Shown in pieces: positions 1 through 12,064 of a stretch of 64,000 nucleotides of DNA. The position numbers and the translations under genes are program-made. A model generated the notes under the pieces. The model had not been told where the DNA came from. It was given only the letters and a program-made list of their open reading frames with translations, and ran no database searches. Where the stretch lies: NCBI GenBank assembly GCA_951406725.2, contig OX597829.1:40300001-40364000 (forward strand), read 5' to 3'. This DNA is from Octopus vulgaris (Eukaryota). Numbering within the stretch: position 1 is the first letter of the stretch; every line of letters starts with the position of its first letter.

Positions 1-51
1 GGATTATCTATCATCTCCGACCATGACTTGTGCCACTTTTTTTGAGTTTAT

Positions 52-544
52 CCCTTTAGCATTTAAACTTGTCGTATCTGGCCTAAAAATTCTACCTGTT
101 TTATAATCAAAATGGCCAGATCTGGCTTTTCACACCTCCCCTACAATGTCATTTGAAAACTAAACGAGCACTAAAATGTCTAAGCCAGTACCACGTAAAA
201 AGTACCCCTGTCAGTGCCATGTAAGAACTCATGTATAAAGCGCCAGTGCTGGTGCTACGTAACAGCACTGGTGTTAGTGCTGCCACGTAAAAAGCACCCC
301 AGTACACTCCCTAAAGTAGTTGGCATTGGGAAGGGCGTCCAGCCATAGGAATCAAGCCAAAACAAACAATTGGAACTTGGTGCAGTTCTCCAGCTGGCCA
401 GCTTCTCTCAAACCATTCTACCCATGCCAACATGGAAGATGGACATTAAATGATGATGATGATGATAAGATAATGCATGATTAATTCAAAACGAGGTAAA
501 GAAACAAACATTAAATTTGATAGAGTAACCTGAATGTTAACGGG
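52..544. mobile_element. piggyBac-type MITE family E1, interrupted by a family C element
   Basis: Starts CCCTTTAGCATTTAAAC and ends GAATGTTAACGGG|TTAA. Body matches the copies at 1332, 4941 and 48277. Confidence 0.7.
180..468 (+). mobile_element. Family C non-autonomous retroposon (RTE-type tail)
   Basis: GTTGGCATTGGGAAGGGCGTCCAGC...CCCATGCCAACATGGAAGATGGACATTAAA(TGA)n, with repeated GCCACGTAAAAAGCAC modules. Confidence 0.75.
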
Positions 545-751
545 TTAATGTTTGAACAACTTGGATTATGGTTATAAAATCCTTTTTTATACAAAAACAA
601 AACAAAAAAAAAAACTAAAATATCAGTACAATGCTCAAGCTTTTAATGCTAAGAATTATTGAAGCATTTTGATAATCTACTTCAATTGTTTACTATATTC
701 TTCAAAATATTCCATGCATCCTGTAACCCACCTACACTACTCATGGGGTAA

Positions 752-977
752 GGTGGCGGGCTGGCAGAAACGTTAGCACGCCGGGCGAAATGCGTAGCCA
801 TATTTCGTCTGTCGTTACGTTCTGAGTTCAAATTCCGCCGAGGTCAACTTTGCCTTTCATCCTTTCGGGGTCGATTAAATAAGTACCAGTTACGCTCTGG
901 GATCAATGTAATCGACTTAATCCCTTTGTCTGCCCTTGTTTGTCCCCTCTATGTTTAGCCCCATGTGGGCAGTAAAG

Positions 978-982
<5 letters not shown>
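752..982 (+). mobile_element. SINE family A, full length
   Basis: Head GGTGGCGGGCTGGCAGAAACGTTAGC, B-box GAGTTCAAATTCC, core TTTGCCTTTCATCCTTTCGGGGTCGA, tail GTAAAGAAATA. Direct repeat ACACTACTCATGG on both sides (TSD). Confidence 0.9.
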
Positions 983-1013
<31 letters not shown>

Positions 1014-1331
1014 TACTCATGGTTAACCCCCACACTTTTTTCCCCTCTCTGTAACTCTTAAGCATTATACATTTTTGTCTGTCCACTGTGTACTCTGCTG
1101 GTTCCTTGTAATGGCTATTCGTACCATCTTTCTTTGTTCCGCCGATTTCTAGCTGTTTTTTTTGTTTTCCTTTTTTTCTTTCTTTGATATTTGTAATACA
1201 TCTTAACAGTATGCAATGAACGTATTGTTTATATTTAGCCATTCAAGAACACATAATGTACTTGTTAACTTCACTCAAACATTTATTGTTTGGTGTCAAA
1301 ATTTTTCATTTGCACCACAATAAATATTTAA

Positions 1332-1576
1332 CCCTTTAACATTCAAACTGGCCATTTCTGGCCCCCAATGTTCTACTTGCTTTATGTCCAAACAAACCAG
1401 ATCTCACCTACCCTTCAATGCCATTCTAACACCTCACGCCTACCCTTCAGTGCCATTTTAAAACTAAACAATTCCATCATTGAAATTTCAAAGCTATGAG
1501 ATTAATGCATCGTTAATTCAAAATAATTTGAATAAATAAGCATTATATTTGACAGAATAAATCTGAATGCTAAAGG
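1332..1576. mobile_element. piggyBac-type MITE family E1
   Basis: TTAA|CCCTTTAACATTCA ... TGAATGCTAAAGG terminal inverted repeats. Confidence 0.75.
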
Positions 1577-1794
1577 TTTTTAAGTGAACTTAACAGTCCA
1601 TTCTGTGTTTTTGAATGGCTAATATGTATCCTCAATACTGACTGTTTTAGTTTTAGCATGTGGTCTCAAGATCAAATCACTTACCTGGCAAGTAGTACAC
1701 CTCCAAAGTTATTATTTTATCTTATTCCTTCTGTCTTTTTACTTTTTTTTTTTTAAGACATAGTATATCTCTGACAACCTTCCCTGCTGCAAAT

Positions 1795-1959
1795 TCCATA
1801 GCTCACGATACCAGAGGGCGCACGCTCTCCTACCCTGATGTAATCTCCAGGGATACAGGCATCCAACAACAGGACCTCCGTGGTGCTATGATGGACCGTG
1901 AGGGCTGGCGTAACATAGTAAATTCCATTGTCTCAACCATGGTCGAACAATGAATGAAT
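1795..1959 (+). mobile_element. RTE-clade LINE 3' fragment (family D)
   Basis: Encodes HDTRGRTLSYPDVISRDTGIQQQDL...VSTMVEQ*. Same family as 17328, 26141, 30788 and 37265. Confidence 0.85.
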
Positions 1960-2114
1960 CTCTGCCGCATCCTTCTTATGGTTTTGTTTATATTTTGAAG
2001 ATGGTTTGGCTGTTATTTAATGGTGACTTGACTGCTATCTCTAACATGTTGAGAAACCATGTAGAGGTTTGTCTATATGAAAGGTAGATGGTTGGCCAGG
2101 AGAATATAGGTATC

Positions 2115-2227
2115 CATTATTTACATTCAACGGATATTTGTCCTCATCTTGTATGTTGACAAATATCCGTCGAATGTAAATAATGTAAATATGTACATAA
2201 TTCCTCATCTCTTAAACATAGAACTAC
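2115..2227 (+). mobile_element. Fold-back mini element (PLE-type remnant, same tail family as 33541-33785)
   Basis: 28-bp inverted arms at 2115-2142 and 2158-2185 plus a one-sided tail. Direct repeat AGGTATCCA at 2108-2116 and 2228-2236. Confidence 0.75.
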
Positions 2228-2736
2228 AGGTATCCAATGTTGGGACCTTACTGATGATGATTTATCATAAGAGGTGATTACGAAGGTATCAGACCATGAA
2301 ACTTGATATCAGAAAGAGGAACCATGATGAACATGGCTGAAACTGTTGTAGGAACAATAAGGCCAATCCCTTCTTTATAGGGAAAATAGTTCTAACATTG
2401 TTTCATCATTACTGTTTTTTTTTTCTGTTTTGTAACTTTTGGTTCATATCCAGATGGCATTAGCTTTCTTAGATTGAGATTGTGTTGCTACAACTTCCAG
2501 CTAATTGACGTGTTTCACCAGATCTTCATTTGTTTTCATGTCACACTACAGCGCTGCGTTTTAATGTCCCTTGACCAACAAGTGCTTCTCATGTGATGTT
2601 GATTGACAGCACCTAATATTGTTGACTTTAAGTGCAGGAAATCTTTATCATATTTGTCCTTTGTTTCGAAAGATCACTTAGATTCCATCTCCTTGAGAAG
2701 AGCATCACTGTCTTGGTAAATCGGAAATCACGTAAA

Positions 2737-3036
2737 GGTGCACATGGCTTAGTAGTTAGGGTATTCGACTCATGATCATAAGGTCATGGGTTCAGTTCGC
2801 AGCAACGCATTTTGTCCTTGAACTTCATTCACACTGCTCTAGGTCCATTCAGTTGGCAAAAATGAGTGATACCTGTATTTCAAAGGGCCAATCTTGTGAC
2901 ATTCTGTGCCACACTGAATCTCCCTGAGAAGTACATGAAGAGTACGTGTGTCTGTGGAGTGCTCGGCCACATGCTTGTTAATTTCACGAGCAGGCTGTTC
3001 TGTTGATCAAATCTACTTGAAACCTTATTATCATAA
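2737..3036 (+). mobile_element. Older tRNA-derived SINE (family F)
   Basis: A-box TGGCTTAGTAG and B-box GGGTTCAGTTC, followed by TGTCCTTGA and CAGTTGGCAAAAATGAGT. Related fragments near 26870-26970 (-) and 51955-52025 (+). Confidence 0.65.
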
Positions 3037-3059
3037 ATTATAAATTGAAAATCATAACT

Positions 3060-3450
3060 GCTGCTGCCTATTCTATATGCTCCATGTAACATCACAAGTG
3101 AAGAAACTATGGAGATATTCATTGTCACAGATGCATATATCTTGGTTCACTTCCTCTTCAGGGTTCTAAGAATTTTTGATCTTGTTTTGCAATCGAATTG
3201 GATTATAATGAGCAGGGAGTGCTATTTCAGTGTTATGTCACATGACCAACATCACTTGCTTGTCTTTGACTTCCAGGAACAGAGTGGAGATATACCAGGG
3301 ATGCTGTGTTTTGATCAAGGACATCTGTGTTCCACCATGCTCTCAGGTACATGTCTCATAGCAATGTTGCTGGACATTGTCTCTGTACATTGAAATTTGA
3401 TGGCTGGGTTCCCTCCTTGCAATCTACTGTAAACACACAGATCCTTATAT
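3060..3450 (-). pseudogene. Possible decayed LINE ORF1-like fragment
   Basis: Minus-strand pieces such as IIQFDCKTRSKILRTLKRK resemble CR1/L2 ORF1 C-termini. Multiple stops; weak. Confidence 0.25.
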
Positions 3451-4416
3451 AAGTAGGGTGGCTTTCCCTCGAAGAATTTCAGTCTAGAACTTGTTAGCTA
3501 CATTGAGTCTAGTTTAACTAACTTACCAATGCCATTGCACAAGAAGCGGTGCAGTGTTACATGGAGACTGTTTGCAGAGCCACAGGTGAGAGGGGAGCCA
3601 GAGATAGACTTGCTGACTTGAAAAAGGGTTGAAAGGCTCCCTTGCCAAAGGTATTATCTCTCCCTGACACTCCATACCACTCAATCTTTGTATGTTGTGT
3701 GTAGTCTATCATCACCTTGTAGTTGTTAAATTGCTTAGAAATTTTCTTATGTACTTTTGGCAGAAATCTCTTATCTCTCAGGTGCAACATCAGCCTGTCA
3801 CTCTGACACCTGTCATCTGGCCAGGTGCACCATTAATCACACCTCACACAGTCGACTCCATTACTAAGGGCTATGTTTGAGAAAACTGTCAGGGTTGTCT
3901 GTCTGTGTGTGTGTATGTGTGTTTGAGAGTATTGAATTTAATTCAACTAGGTTACAAGGTTAGTTGTTTGTTAATGGGGCAGAGGTGTAATTGACTGAAA
4001 TGAACACAAAATATTACTGGTGTACGCACATTTTTGTCAATCCAGGAAGTTGTAAAAGTTGAAATGGAATGACTTCAGCAGAACTAGGACTCTTTTGCAA
4101 GATTATACACAGCATTCAATTCATTCTTCAGTTTGAGCCAGTGGGCCTGAAACTTACAAATAACTACATCTCTCCCCCATAATACACTTACACACACAAA
4201 CACTTATGTGCACACACACACACAAATGAGTGAAATTTTTTACTCTCTTTATTAGCGAAAAGACCAAATACTGTTTGCATCCATATGATTCTTTCTTCAA
4301 CATGGCGTTGGATGGCTTTGTTAAGCTTAACACCATCTTATTTATTTTGATCATTTTCTTACTATATTTCTGTCGAAACACTTTTTTAAAAAAAAAAATT
4401 TTTACAATTACAAATA

Positions 4417-4579
4417 GGCGCAGGAGTGGCTGTGTGGTAAGTTGCTTGCTTACGAACCACATGGTTCCAGGTTCAGTCCCACTGTGTGGCACCTTAGGCA
4501 AGTGTCTTCTACTATAGCCTCGGGCCGACCAAAACCTTGTGAGTGGATTTGGTAGACGGAAACTGTAAGAAGCCTGTCG

Positions 4580-4618
<39 letters not shown>

Positions 4619-4837
4619 ATGCATGTGTATATGTTTGTGTCTGTGTTTGTCTCCCCAACATCGCTTGACAACTGATGCTGGTGTGTTTACATCCCCGTAA
4701 CTTAGCATTTCGGCAAAAGAGAGACCGATAGAATAAGTACTAGGCTTACAAAGAATAAGTCCTGGGGTCTATGTGCTCGACTAAAGGCGGTGCTCCTGCA
4801 TGGCCATGGTCAAATGACTGAAACAAGTAAAAGAGTA
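4417..4837 (+). mobile_element. SINE family B, full length
   Basis: tRNA-like head GGCGCAGGAGTGGCTGTGTGG...GGTTCAGTCCC, CORE-like ACCTTAGGCAAGT, internal (TA)n/(TG)n, tail TGACTGAAACAAGTAAAAGAG. Confidence 0.9.
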
Positions 4838-4940
4838 ATTAAGTTTGTGAAATAAATAAATTTGTCATAATTAAGTTGGTGTTTTAAAACAAAAATCACT
4901 TGAAGTTTTGATGGCAGGTTTTTATTTAGATACATTTTAA

Positions 4941-5161
4941 CCCTTTAGCATTTAAACCGGCCATATCCGGCCAAAATATTCTCCCCCTTTTTATGTTCAA
5001 ACTGGCCAGATCTGGCCCCTCACACCAGCCCTACTATATAATTCTAAAAATGAATAGTTACTTCATCAAAATCTCAAAGCTACAAGATAATGCAGGATTA
5101 ATTCAAAACAATGCGAATAAATAAGCATTACTTTTGACAGAATAACGCAAATACTAAAGGA
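4941..5161. mobile_element. piggyBac-type MITE family E1
   Basis: TTAA|CCCTTTAGCATTT ... AAATACTAAAGGA|TTAG. Confidence 0.8.
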
Positions 5162-5327
5162 TTAGAGCAGTGAATTTGTATCATATATAACAAGGAACAG
5201 TTTCAGGAAGATTGGCATCAAATGTCCTAATCAAAACAATTTTTCTCTTCCCCGTTCAATCCTCACTTCCTATAAGAAGCACCGATCTTGGACATTTCTC
5301 CAGGTTGTTTGTGTCCCAGAAAATTAA

Positions 5328-5605
5328 CACCTTTTGTTGTCATATATCTCTTCAAATACACTGTTTCAATTAATATTGAAAATAATGAATTAATATTGTT
5401 TCAATTAATAATGAATTAATGTTGTTTTAATTGATATTGAAAATATAATGAAGAATTTAGAAAAAAAATAACTTTGTCAACATTAAGACGTTGTTTGGAA
5501 CATAAGTTGACCTGAAGTTCTGATGAAAGGTTGTAATCATTTCAAAAACAGGAAGTTGGTATTGTAGAATGAGAGGTGGTTTCATGCTGGCTGGTACCAA
5601 AACGG
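5328..5605. mobile_element. Degenerate piggyBac-type MITE family E2
   Basis: Reverse-complement similarity to the 38117 units (GAAGAATTTAG..AAATAACTTTGTC, GTTTGGAACATAA). Degenerate TIRs. Confidence 0.6.
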
Positions 5606-6289
5606 TTAGCAGATGTTACACTGCCTGGACCAGTTGTAATTTTGTATATTTAAAACAAATACAACATTTCTTTTTAAAGCTGTTTCTTTTTTTTTCTTCT
5701 TTTGATGACCTGAACTTCCTGATGGTGAACAGTGACTAATCTTTCCAGTAGCAAAAAAGAAAGAAAGAAAGAAAGAAAGAAACTAGTCAGGGCCAGGGTC
5801 TACCTTTGCTCTGATATTCCCATGGGCAAGAGAGAGAGAGACATTTACCCAATATGTACCAGGGATTTAGCTACACTTTTATAGACAGACAAGTGACATA
5901 AATGGATGGCAGACATGTAACTCTGTACACTCTGATTTTGAAGATTAATCTGTACAGACATTAAATAACCAAGAAGGTGTCAAATGGAAGGGAAGTAATT
6001 GAAAGAACATACTCACACACATGTGTGTACAAGCACACATTCACACATTCTACATCCCTTTCTTCATATATTTGTCTGTTTATGTGCAACATGCCATTCT
6101 TTTGTTGCTCTTTTTTTTCTGATTCTAACATTAACCTCAGTACTGTCTTCTAACAAAATAAAAAGATTGAAGCACATATTTAAACACACATACATTTATA
6201 CACACACGCACCACAGTTACACATTCATATACATATCATGCATGCTTCAATAATGAACTGGGGCATATGAGTAGTAGTTATACATATCT

Positions 6290-6590
6290 ATCATCATCAT
6301 CATCATCGTTTAACGTCCGTTTTCCATGCTAGCATGGGTTGGACGGTTTTGACTGAGGGCTGGTGAACCAGATGGCTGCACCAGGCTTCAATCTTGATCT
6401 GGCAGAGTTTCTACAGCTGGATGTCCTTCCTAACGCCAACCACTCCGAGAGTGTAGTGGGTGCTTTTACGTGCCACCAGCATGGGGCCAGTCAGGCGGCA
6501 CTGGCAACGACCTCGCTCGAATCTTTTACACATGCCACCAGCGCAGGTGCCAGTAAGGCGATGCTGGTAATGATCGCACTCGAATGGTTT
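6290..6590 (-). mobile_element. Family C retroposon
   Basis: (ATC)n GTTTAACGTCCGTTTTCCATGCTAGCATGGGTTGG ... GGATGTCCTTCCTAACGCCAACC plus internal modules. Confidence 0.85.
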
Positions 6591-6591
6591 T

Positions 6592-6990
6592 TTTCGTATA
6601 TCCGCACTTAGAATTTGCATCCCCAGTTTGGAACCTTGATATTGTCCAGATTTTTACTGGAAACTGTTCAAAGGCATACAACCAGACAAATTCCCTCTGT
6701 CAGCCCACTTACCATATCCTGAATGTACTGTGTCCCTGGAGATTGACACTAAAGTTTCAACATTTAGCAATAGACTCGTTAGAAGCCCACAAGATTACCC
6801 AACAACCTTGGCCACATTTTGTTTTAATTCAATACCTTTAGCAATCATAGCCATGCTTATGAAAATCAAAAAACACACAGCATCCATAACATTCTGAAAT
6901 AACTTTGTCAACATTAAGACATTGTTCGGAACATGGAATAAACTCTGTGTGGACTCTCCATTAGGACACTACATCCTTTAAAAATTATCT
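6592..6990 (+). pseudogene. Decayed CR1/L2-like LINE RT C-terminal fragment
   Basis: FVYPHLEFASPVWN, LETVQRHTT and a terminal WNKL match the CR1-type PHLEY..VW / LE.VQRRAT / WN.LP pattern. Frameshifted. Confidence 0.75.
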
Positions 6991-7285
6991 TATTCCTGCA
7001 ACTTGCTAACATTCCTGCTGTGCCTATGGACCCTTCCCTCTTTCTAGCTCTTTTGTTGCTTCCCTTTCTGACTTTCTGCTGTTCCATTGTGTCTACTACA
7101 CATGTTCTTTTCCGTTTAGTTATCTTCCTTAACTTGATTTCTTTTGGCGCTTTCTGCTCCCCCTCTTCAACTCTGTAGCATTCAGGTTATTCTGTCAATG
7201 TACTACTACATTATAGAAACCATTTAATATATGCCATTACAAGGAAGAGGGGTAAGTGAGGGTGGAAATGGATGCTTATGACTGT

Positions 7286-7570
7286 ACTCTCTTTTACTTG
7301 TTTCAGTCATTTGACTGCGGCCTTGCTGGAGCACCGCCTTTAGTCGAGCAAATCGACCCTGGGACTTATTCTTTTGTAAGCCCAGTACTTATTCTATCGG
7401 TCTCTTTTTTGCCGAACCGCTAAGTGACAGGGACGTATACACATCAGCATCGGTTGTCCAGCAATGCTAGGAGGGACAATCACAGACACGCAAACATACA
7501 CACACACACTTATATATATATATACATATATACGACGGGCTTCTTTCAGTTTCTGTCTATCAAATCCACT
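7286..7570 (-). mobile_element. SINE family B, 3' part
   Basis: CTCTTTTACTTGTTTCAGTCATTTGACTGCGGCC ... CAAATCCACT. Confidence 0.85.
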
Positions 7571-8149
7571 TTATGGATCCCTTTAAGGACAAGGTGAACT
7601 TATCCAAACAAGGATCAGTGAAATATGAGCCAGACAAAAGTACTTGGATCAGTATACTTGACTAAAACCACTGTAGACATTGCTGCAGCATGGCCAACAG
7701 TCAAAACTGAAACCATTAAACTCAGAACTGAATGAAATGCATTATAGAGTAATAAGCTAAATATTGTAAAGTCTGCTGCTTTCATCCTGACTGAATCAGT
7801 GTAAAAAATTTATTGTTAATTAGTAACAGGTGACTAATGAAAGCCTTCCTGATTAAAATTATTTTGATTTTGATTTTTAACACCATAATTTCTGGAAAAA
7901 AAAAATGGGAGAATCTTCTATAGCCATATAATTCAAAAGTGGCTTTGATATTCCACTTGTTTCCAGGTTTTATGTTAACATGAAACACCTGAGGCAAAGG
8001 TCCTTCTACTTTATTCTTATGAATGAGACTTGATGACAAGCTATTGCAGAAGCCTGGCATGTTTGTATGTATAGGAATCCACCTAGTGGTCATTCCTCTT
8101 AGAAGTATATATGATTTGTTTATAATGAATCAAATGTTTGTGCTGTACG

Positions 8150-8347
8150 TTAGCTCTTCCCTCCATCAAATCAACGTTGTCTGCACAGGTGTACAAGTGT
8201 GCCACATGTCAGATGTTGAAATTATTGTAGATCAACGTGGAATGAAGTGTTTTGCTCAAGAACACAATGCACCACCCAGTCTGGAATTGAACCCACAGCT
8301 TGGTAGTAGTTGTGAGTGGAGCACCTTAACCATTTGGCCATGTGCAC
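8150..8347 (-). mobile_element. Older tRNA-derived SINE
   Basis: Minus-strand head TGGCCAAATGGTTAAGG ... GGGTTCAATTCC followed by TGTGTTCTTGAGCAAAACAC. Confidence 0.6.
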
Positions 8348-9131
8348 GCACACATGTTTATTTCTTTTCTCTCCACTAAAGTCTGATAGTAGGATGCAGA
8401 GAAAAGGGTGGTAGCATCAGGGATGACAATGCCAAAAGGCATTGTTGTGCCAGGTGAGGTGGAGTGAAGATTGATAGGAATAAATACTATAGAGGGAGGG
8501 ATGACAAAGGAGGGAGAGAGTGAGGGAAGAATGAAAAAGAAGCAGGAAGAAAGAAAAGTTCATTCAAATACACACACACACACACACACACACACTAGCA
8601 CAAGCATACATGCATGCATATGTCATAGATTCTTTGAAAATTCTCCTTCAATTCTGATGTTTTCAAGAAATATCTGTTCTCAATGAAATACATACACACA
8701 CTAATACGCTCCCAGACACACGTCAATGCATGCATGCATATTCAGACAGGCCCACTCACATACATGTAGTCATACATAAATGCATATTATGCATACATAT
8801 TCACTCATTGAATGCTGAAAATCAAAATTAAATGGAAATATCTCATGTCAGAAGTGTTTAAAGTTTTTTTTTTTTTTGTTTCCGTTTATTTTCTGTTTTC
8901 TGTTCCAAAAGAAATCACACAGACACACGCACATGTATGTGTGTGTATTTATATTTCATTTTTATTTGTAGAACTCCAAATAAATAATAGCAAGTAGATT
9001 TTGGATTAAAGACATTTTGGATTAAAGGCTGCCCATGAGAAGTGAATCCAAATGATTACAATAACACAAATGAGAATACACATGGATTTCAAGTACCAGT
9101 CATTTGTCATATAGCTTAAGTTTAAATTGCA

Positions 9132-9171
<40 letters not shown>

Positions 9172-9177
<6 letters not shown>

Positions 9178-9417
9178 GGATGAATGAATTATCCTTTGTT
9201 TACTGTTAACATGGAAAATTCAATAAACAGTTGCCAGAGTAGCAAAATTCATGCAAGTAACAAGGATGTAGCGACAGGTTCTCTTTCTTTCCTGATGAGA
9301 AGATTGCATTTTATACCGTTTATTCCTTTGGAATAAAACCAATGTTGTCATCGAAACATATGTCGAAAGTAAAAGAATTTGAATAGCGTCTGCATTCAAC
9401 TCCATTTATTTACTTAT
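9172..9417 (+). mobile_element. Hammerhead-bearing PLE-type remnant between (TA)n tracts
   Basis: Bounded by (TA)n, with imperfect inverted ends AAATGGATGAATG / CATTCAACTCCATTT. Contains the hammerhead at 9287-9369. Confidence 0.6.
9287..9369 (+). ncRNA. Type I hammerhead ribozyme, complete core
   Basis: Helix I CTTTC/GAAAG; core CTGATGA (9292-9298); long helix II capped by TTTATTCC-TTT-GGAATAAA; GAAA (9353-9356); palindromic helix III ACATATGT; GUC cleavage triplet ending at 9364. Confidence 0.85.
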
Positions 9418-9477
9418 ACATACATACATATATATATATATATGTATGTATTTATGTATATATATATATATATATTA

Positions 9478-9690
9478 TATTAAATTAGAGATAAAACCAC
9501 TATTAGGCAAATCAAACAATGAAAAACTTAAGCCAATACATAAAATTGATTAATTTATATTATTTTAAATATATATCAAAAGTATTAAAAGTTTAATAAA
9601 AGATAATGAGTAAAACACTACGATCGTTTCATGGCTGTCCAATTCGTAATAATTCGAGTTATGGTTACAGTCAATCTTCAGGTAATATAT
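9478..9690 (-). mobile_element. PLE-type 3' end with hammerhead
   Basis: Tail TAATAGTGGTTTTATCTCTAATTTA is shared with 13562-13586, with a looser relative near 16088-16110. Hammerhead at 9617-9686. Confidence 0.65.
9617..9686 (-). ncRNA. Minimal hammerhead ribozyme
   Basis: Minus strand ATTAC CTGAAGA TTGACTGT...ACAGCCAT GAAA CGA TC GTAGT. Helix I ATTAC/GTAGT, imperfect helix II, AUC cleavage triplet. Confidence 0.7.
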
Positions 9691-9765
9691 ATATATATGT
9701 GTGTATGTATTTATGTATATATATGTATGTATTTATGTATATATATATATATGTATGTATTTATG

Positions 9766-9812
<47 letters not shown>

Positions 9813-10048
9813 TTTTATTTATTGTTTACATAGTTTTTAATCATATAGTTCATTGGCAGAACTAATTGCGATGAATTCAACTGTTATTGTGGACAAAAAT
9901 GTTCAAGTAGTTTTGTTTGCAATATCTTATCCATGTGAACCAAAGTCCCTTAAACAGTAGAACATAAACTCCACAGGCTTTTCCCACTTCCTTGCCATAG
10001 CTCATTACTATAAATAACTTTCACTATATCTATTTATATGTGCGTATG

Positions 10049-10110
10049 AATCATTGTCGTTTCTGACAGCGCAACCTCATCAGTGATTTCATGAAACAAT
10101 TGTTAGAAAA
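10049..10110. ncRNA. Degenerate hammerhead-like motifs (opposed halves)
   Basis: Minus strand AATCA CTGATGA..GAAA..TGATT with poor helix II and no UH. Plus strand GAAACAATTGTT, a palindromic helix III-like half. Confidence 0.3.
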
Positions 10111-10369
10111 AATCTTCCAATTAAATAAGCAATTTTTTTTTTTTTTCATTGCTTTAAACTCATTAAGGTTTTAAAATGGTTTATATAAAATTTTCCCCCT
10201 TGAATCTAATCCTTTAAAGTATTTTCAATAAAAAATGTTTATTATTCTTACTATACACGTCTCTCTCAAATATATAAGATGCATGTTATGTTGATGCAAG
10301 TATTAAACACCCATATGAGATAGTTTCTTTTAAACTGTCATCATTTTTATGGCACTGGTATACACACAA

Positions 10370-10996
10370 GGCGGTGAGCTGGCAGAAACGTTAGCACGTC
10401 GGGCGAAATACATAGCCGTATTTTGTCTGTCGCTACGTTCTGAGTTCAAATTCCGCCAAGGTCGACTTTGCCTTTCATCCTTTCGGGGTCGATAAATTAA
10501 GTACCAGTTACTCACTGGGGTCAGTATAATTGACTTAATCTGTTTGTCTGTCCTTGTTTGTCCTCTCTGTATTTAACCCCTTGTGGGTAGTAAAGAAATA
10601 GGTATTTCGTCTGCCGTTACGTTCTGAGTTCAAATTCCGCCGAGGTTGGCTTTGCCTTTCATTCTTTCGGGGTCGATAAATTAAGTACCAGTTACTCACT
10701 GGGGAGGGGGTCGATGTAATCGACTTAATCCATTTGTCTGTCCTTGTTTGTCCCCTCTGTGTTTAACCCCTTGTGGGTACTAAAGAAATAGGTATTTCGT
10801 CTGCCGTTACGTTCTGAGTTCAAATTCCACCGAGGGCGACTTTGACTTTCATCCTTTCGGGGTCGATAAATTAAGTACCAGTTACTCACTGGTGGGGTGG
10901 GGGTGGGGGTCGATGTAATCGACTCAATCCGTTTGTGTGTCCTTGTTTGTCCCCTCTGTGTTTAGCCCCTTGTGGGTAAGTAAAGAAATAGAAATA
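10370..10996 (+). mobile_element. SINE A concatemer: 1 full + 2 head-less units
   Basis: Units restart at GGTATTTCG at 10601 and 10791. Single 13-bp TSD GGTATACACACAA (10357-10369, 10997-11009). Confidence 0.9.
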
Positions 10997-11239
10997 GGTA
11001 TACACACAACCACTATGTCAATTTGTTTATGTACTCAGCCGATTAATCAGTAAGAAAAAGCTGTTGCTACCCCCATGGTTTGCTAAAAGGTTTCCTTGTT
11101 ATTTTACTTCATAATTTTCGGTTTTGGGGTTTCCAATTGCCATTAGGCTTGCTATATCTTCAGACTTATATTGCGTGTGTCTTTTTGCCAATAACACCAA
11201 TGTAGTTGAGTAGTTTCTGTACTCTTTTAGGGCGTGGCA

Positions 11240-11445
11240 ATCTCCAAATCTAAACCATTCCTCTCTCACTCCATTTTGATTCGTTGTTGTCTCCAGTTTC
11301 TTTTGGGATCCATCGGAATCTAGTTTGTCAGCATTTTTTTTTTCCTTTCCCCAAATTGTCATTTAAACTCTTCCGATGTGCCTAACCCAGTTTTGTGTTT
11401 CCCAACGATTTCATAAATTTAACAACGTTGTTATGTTTGGTTTCA
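11240..11445 (-). pseudogene. Old RTE-clade LINE C-terminal fragment
   Basis: Frameshifted NWVRHIGR...LTN*IPMDPKRNWRQQRIK resembles the RTE motif WAGHI.R...W.P...KR..GRP..RW. Confidence 0.55.
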
Positions 11446-12016
11446 ACACTGTACCAATTAAATATAACTTTATTATTCTTTCATAATTTTGCATTTCAGT
11501 AAATTTCAAGATTTTTTTTTTTTCTTTTTGTTTCCCCTTTCCCCCAACTCAGCTGATTGTTTGTTTATTATGTTGGGAGATTCTTCCGAAAAATTTAAGA
11601 TTTTTTTTTACACACCCACTCTTTATTTGTTATTTTTCAGTCATTTTTGTTTTGGAACTTTAAGTTTGAACATCCTTATCTGAGGTATGTTAAATGTTGT
11701 TGGGAGTGACCTTAGTGAATCAAGGAAGCATTTTGAGGTTGGTGGGGAGAGAGGTTTTGGCCTCAAAGCATAGAGAATGTATGTATACGGAACTAAGTCT
11801 GTTGTGCTAATTTCATGTGGATTATTATTATTATTATTATTATTATTAGGCATTTGCTGATATGCTAATTATGCTGTAATTAAAGTCATGAGTGTGGATA
11901 TGACATGCATGAATTCTTCTAAAAATATATCAACTCTATATCATATTCTTTGTTGATGTTTAACCTAAGGTCAGGCCTAATTGAGCAAACACATAATCAA
12001 AAGTATACCACTCATT

Positions 12017-12064
<48 letters not shown>

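Noticed and set aside
2246-2300. CTGATGA followed by a small hairpin
   Set aside because: No GAAA after the stem.
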